Part shown: piece after piece, positions 63,805 to 64,000 of the stretch | Layout of the letters: each line of letters begins with the position of its first letter | Numbering within the stretch: the stretch's first letter is position 1 | Assembly (NCBI GenBank): GCA_001784055.1 | Contig: MFOZ01000019.1 | Span: 18,593 to 82,592, forward strand | Direction of reading: 5' to 3' | Source: Candidatus Levybacteria bacterium RIFCSPLOWO2_01_FULL_42_15 | GTDB lineage: Bacteria; Patescibacteriota; Microgenomatia; Levybacterales; UBA12049 | Length of the DNA: 64,000 nucleotides | Translations under genes and position numbers: made by a program | The notes under the pieces: generated by a model | What the model was told of the DNA's origin: nothing | What the model saw: only the letters and a program-made list of their open reading frames with translations | Database searches by the model: none

Positions 63805-64000
63805 GTAAAAAGAAGAACAAAAACGTTTTTAAAAAAATATGTTTTTCTTCTTGTATCTCCTTTTATCTTTTTTTGTGCGCTGTTTTTGTTAAAACAATAT
63901 GGCTTTTATAATCATCAGATTAAAAGTCCACTATCCTTGAAAGCAGCAGGCGTCGTATCCAGAAGTGTTTTTTTAGACATTGCCACTTCAAGTGGGGTAG
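63805..64000 (+). CDS. Possible 5' part of an FtsQ/DivIB-like gene (open frame to window end, start codon unclear)
   Basis: Frame open from 63805 to the window end. Encodes a TM helix (YVFLLVSPFIFFCALFLL) followed by a soluble segment. No ATG/GTG in frame, so a TTG or other start would be needed. Conserved position after murG. Confidence 0.2.

Noticed and set aside
1-64000. Mobile genetic element (IS, integron or prophage) boundaries for the glycan island
   Set aside because: No transposase, integrase or recombinase ORFs, and no long terminal inverted or direct repeats flanking the island, were found. Only the roughly 70-bp miniature element and short SSRs were seen.

Overview
This 64-kb window comes from a low-GC (about 30-35%), tightly packed bacterial genome. 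TGA is used as a stop codon (ATGA overlaps at ftsW/murG and at glmU'/GNAT). Small intergenic gaps, a DUF4012 protein, FemAB, a minimal RecO and many GT-C-like membrane proteins suggest an uncultivated Patescibacteria/CPR-like organism; this is inference only.

The window has two blocks.

(1) Positions 1 to about 37,900 form a roughly 38-kb cell-surface glycan biosynthesis island:
- a complete GDP-D-glycero-alpha-D-manno-heptose pathway (gmhA, hddA and an hddC-gmhB fusion);
- nucleotide-sugar tailoring enzymes: an SDR epimerase/dehydratase, an RmlC-like cupin epimerase, an RmlD-like reductase, a TylCIII-like C-methyltransferase, two SAM methyltransferases, a DegT aminotransferase, an N-formyltransferase, four hexapeptide/NeuD-type acetyltransferases and a NodB deacetylase;
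- five GT2 and five GT4 glycosyltransferases;
- a GtrB-like polyprenyl-phosphate glycosyltransferase preceded by a possible GtrA-like small membrane protein;
- four large polytopic GT-C-like membrane proteins, one a 1045-aa fusion of an O-antigen-ligase-like module with an ArnT/PMT-like module;
- ManC;
- a PglC-like initiating phosphoglycosyltransferase.

(2) Positions 39,900 to 64,000 carry recO, glyQS, a purF-like gene and a rearranged dcw cell-wall cluster, in this order: mraZ (with an MraZ-box triple direct repeat upstream), rsmH, ftsL, ftsI, murE, murC, murB, murA, a GlmU uridyltransferase-only gene, a GNAT, HAD, glmS, a hydrolase, a membrane-anchored murF, a DegT-like gene, femAB, mraY, ftsW, murG. 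murD is not in the window.

The most unusual sequence-level features are:
- a roughly 70-bp GC-rich repeat element, starkly out of context in AT-rich DNA, inserted in-frame into two unrelated genes (a GT4 at 32.3 kb, as a tandem pair, and murE at 48.4 kb);
- heptanucleotide (AATTTCA)n tracts inside a tandem GT4 paralog pair, with a G7 run in the ribosome-binding region, which are candidate phase-variation switches;
- an epimerase gene remnant at 21.4 kb.

No rRNA, tRNA, CRISPR, transposase or integrase was recognised.
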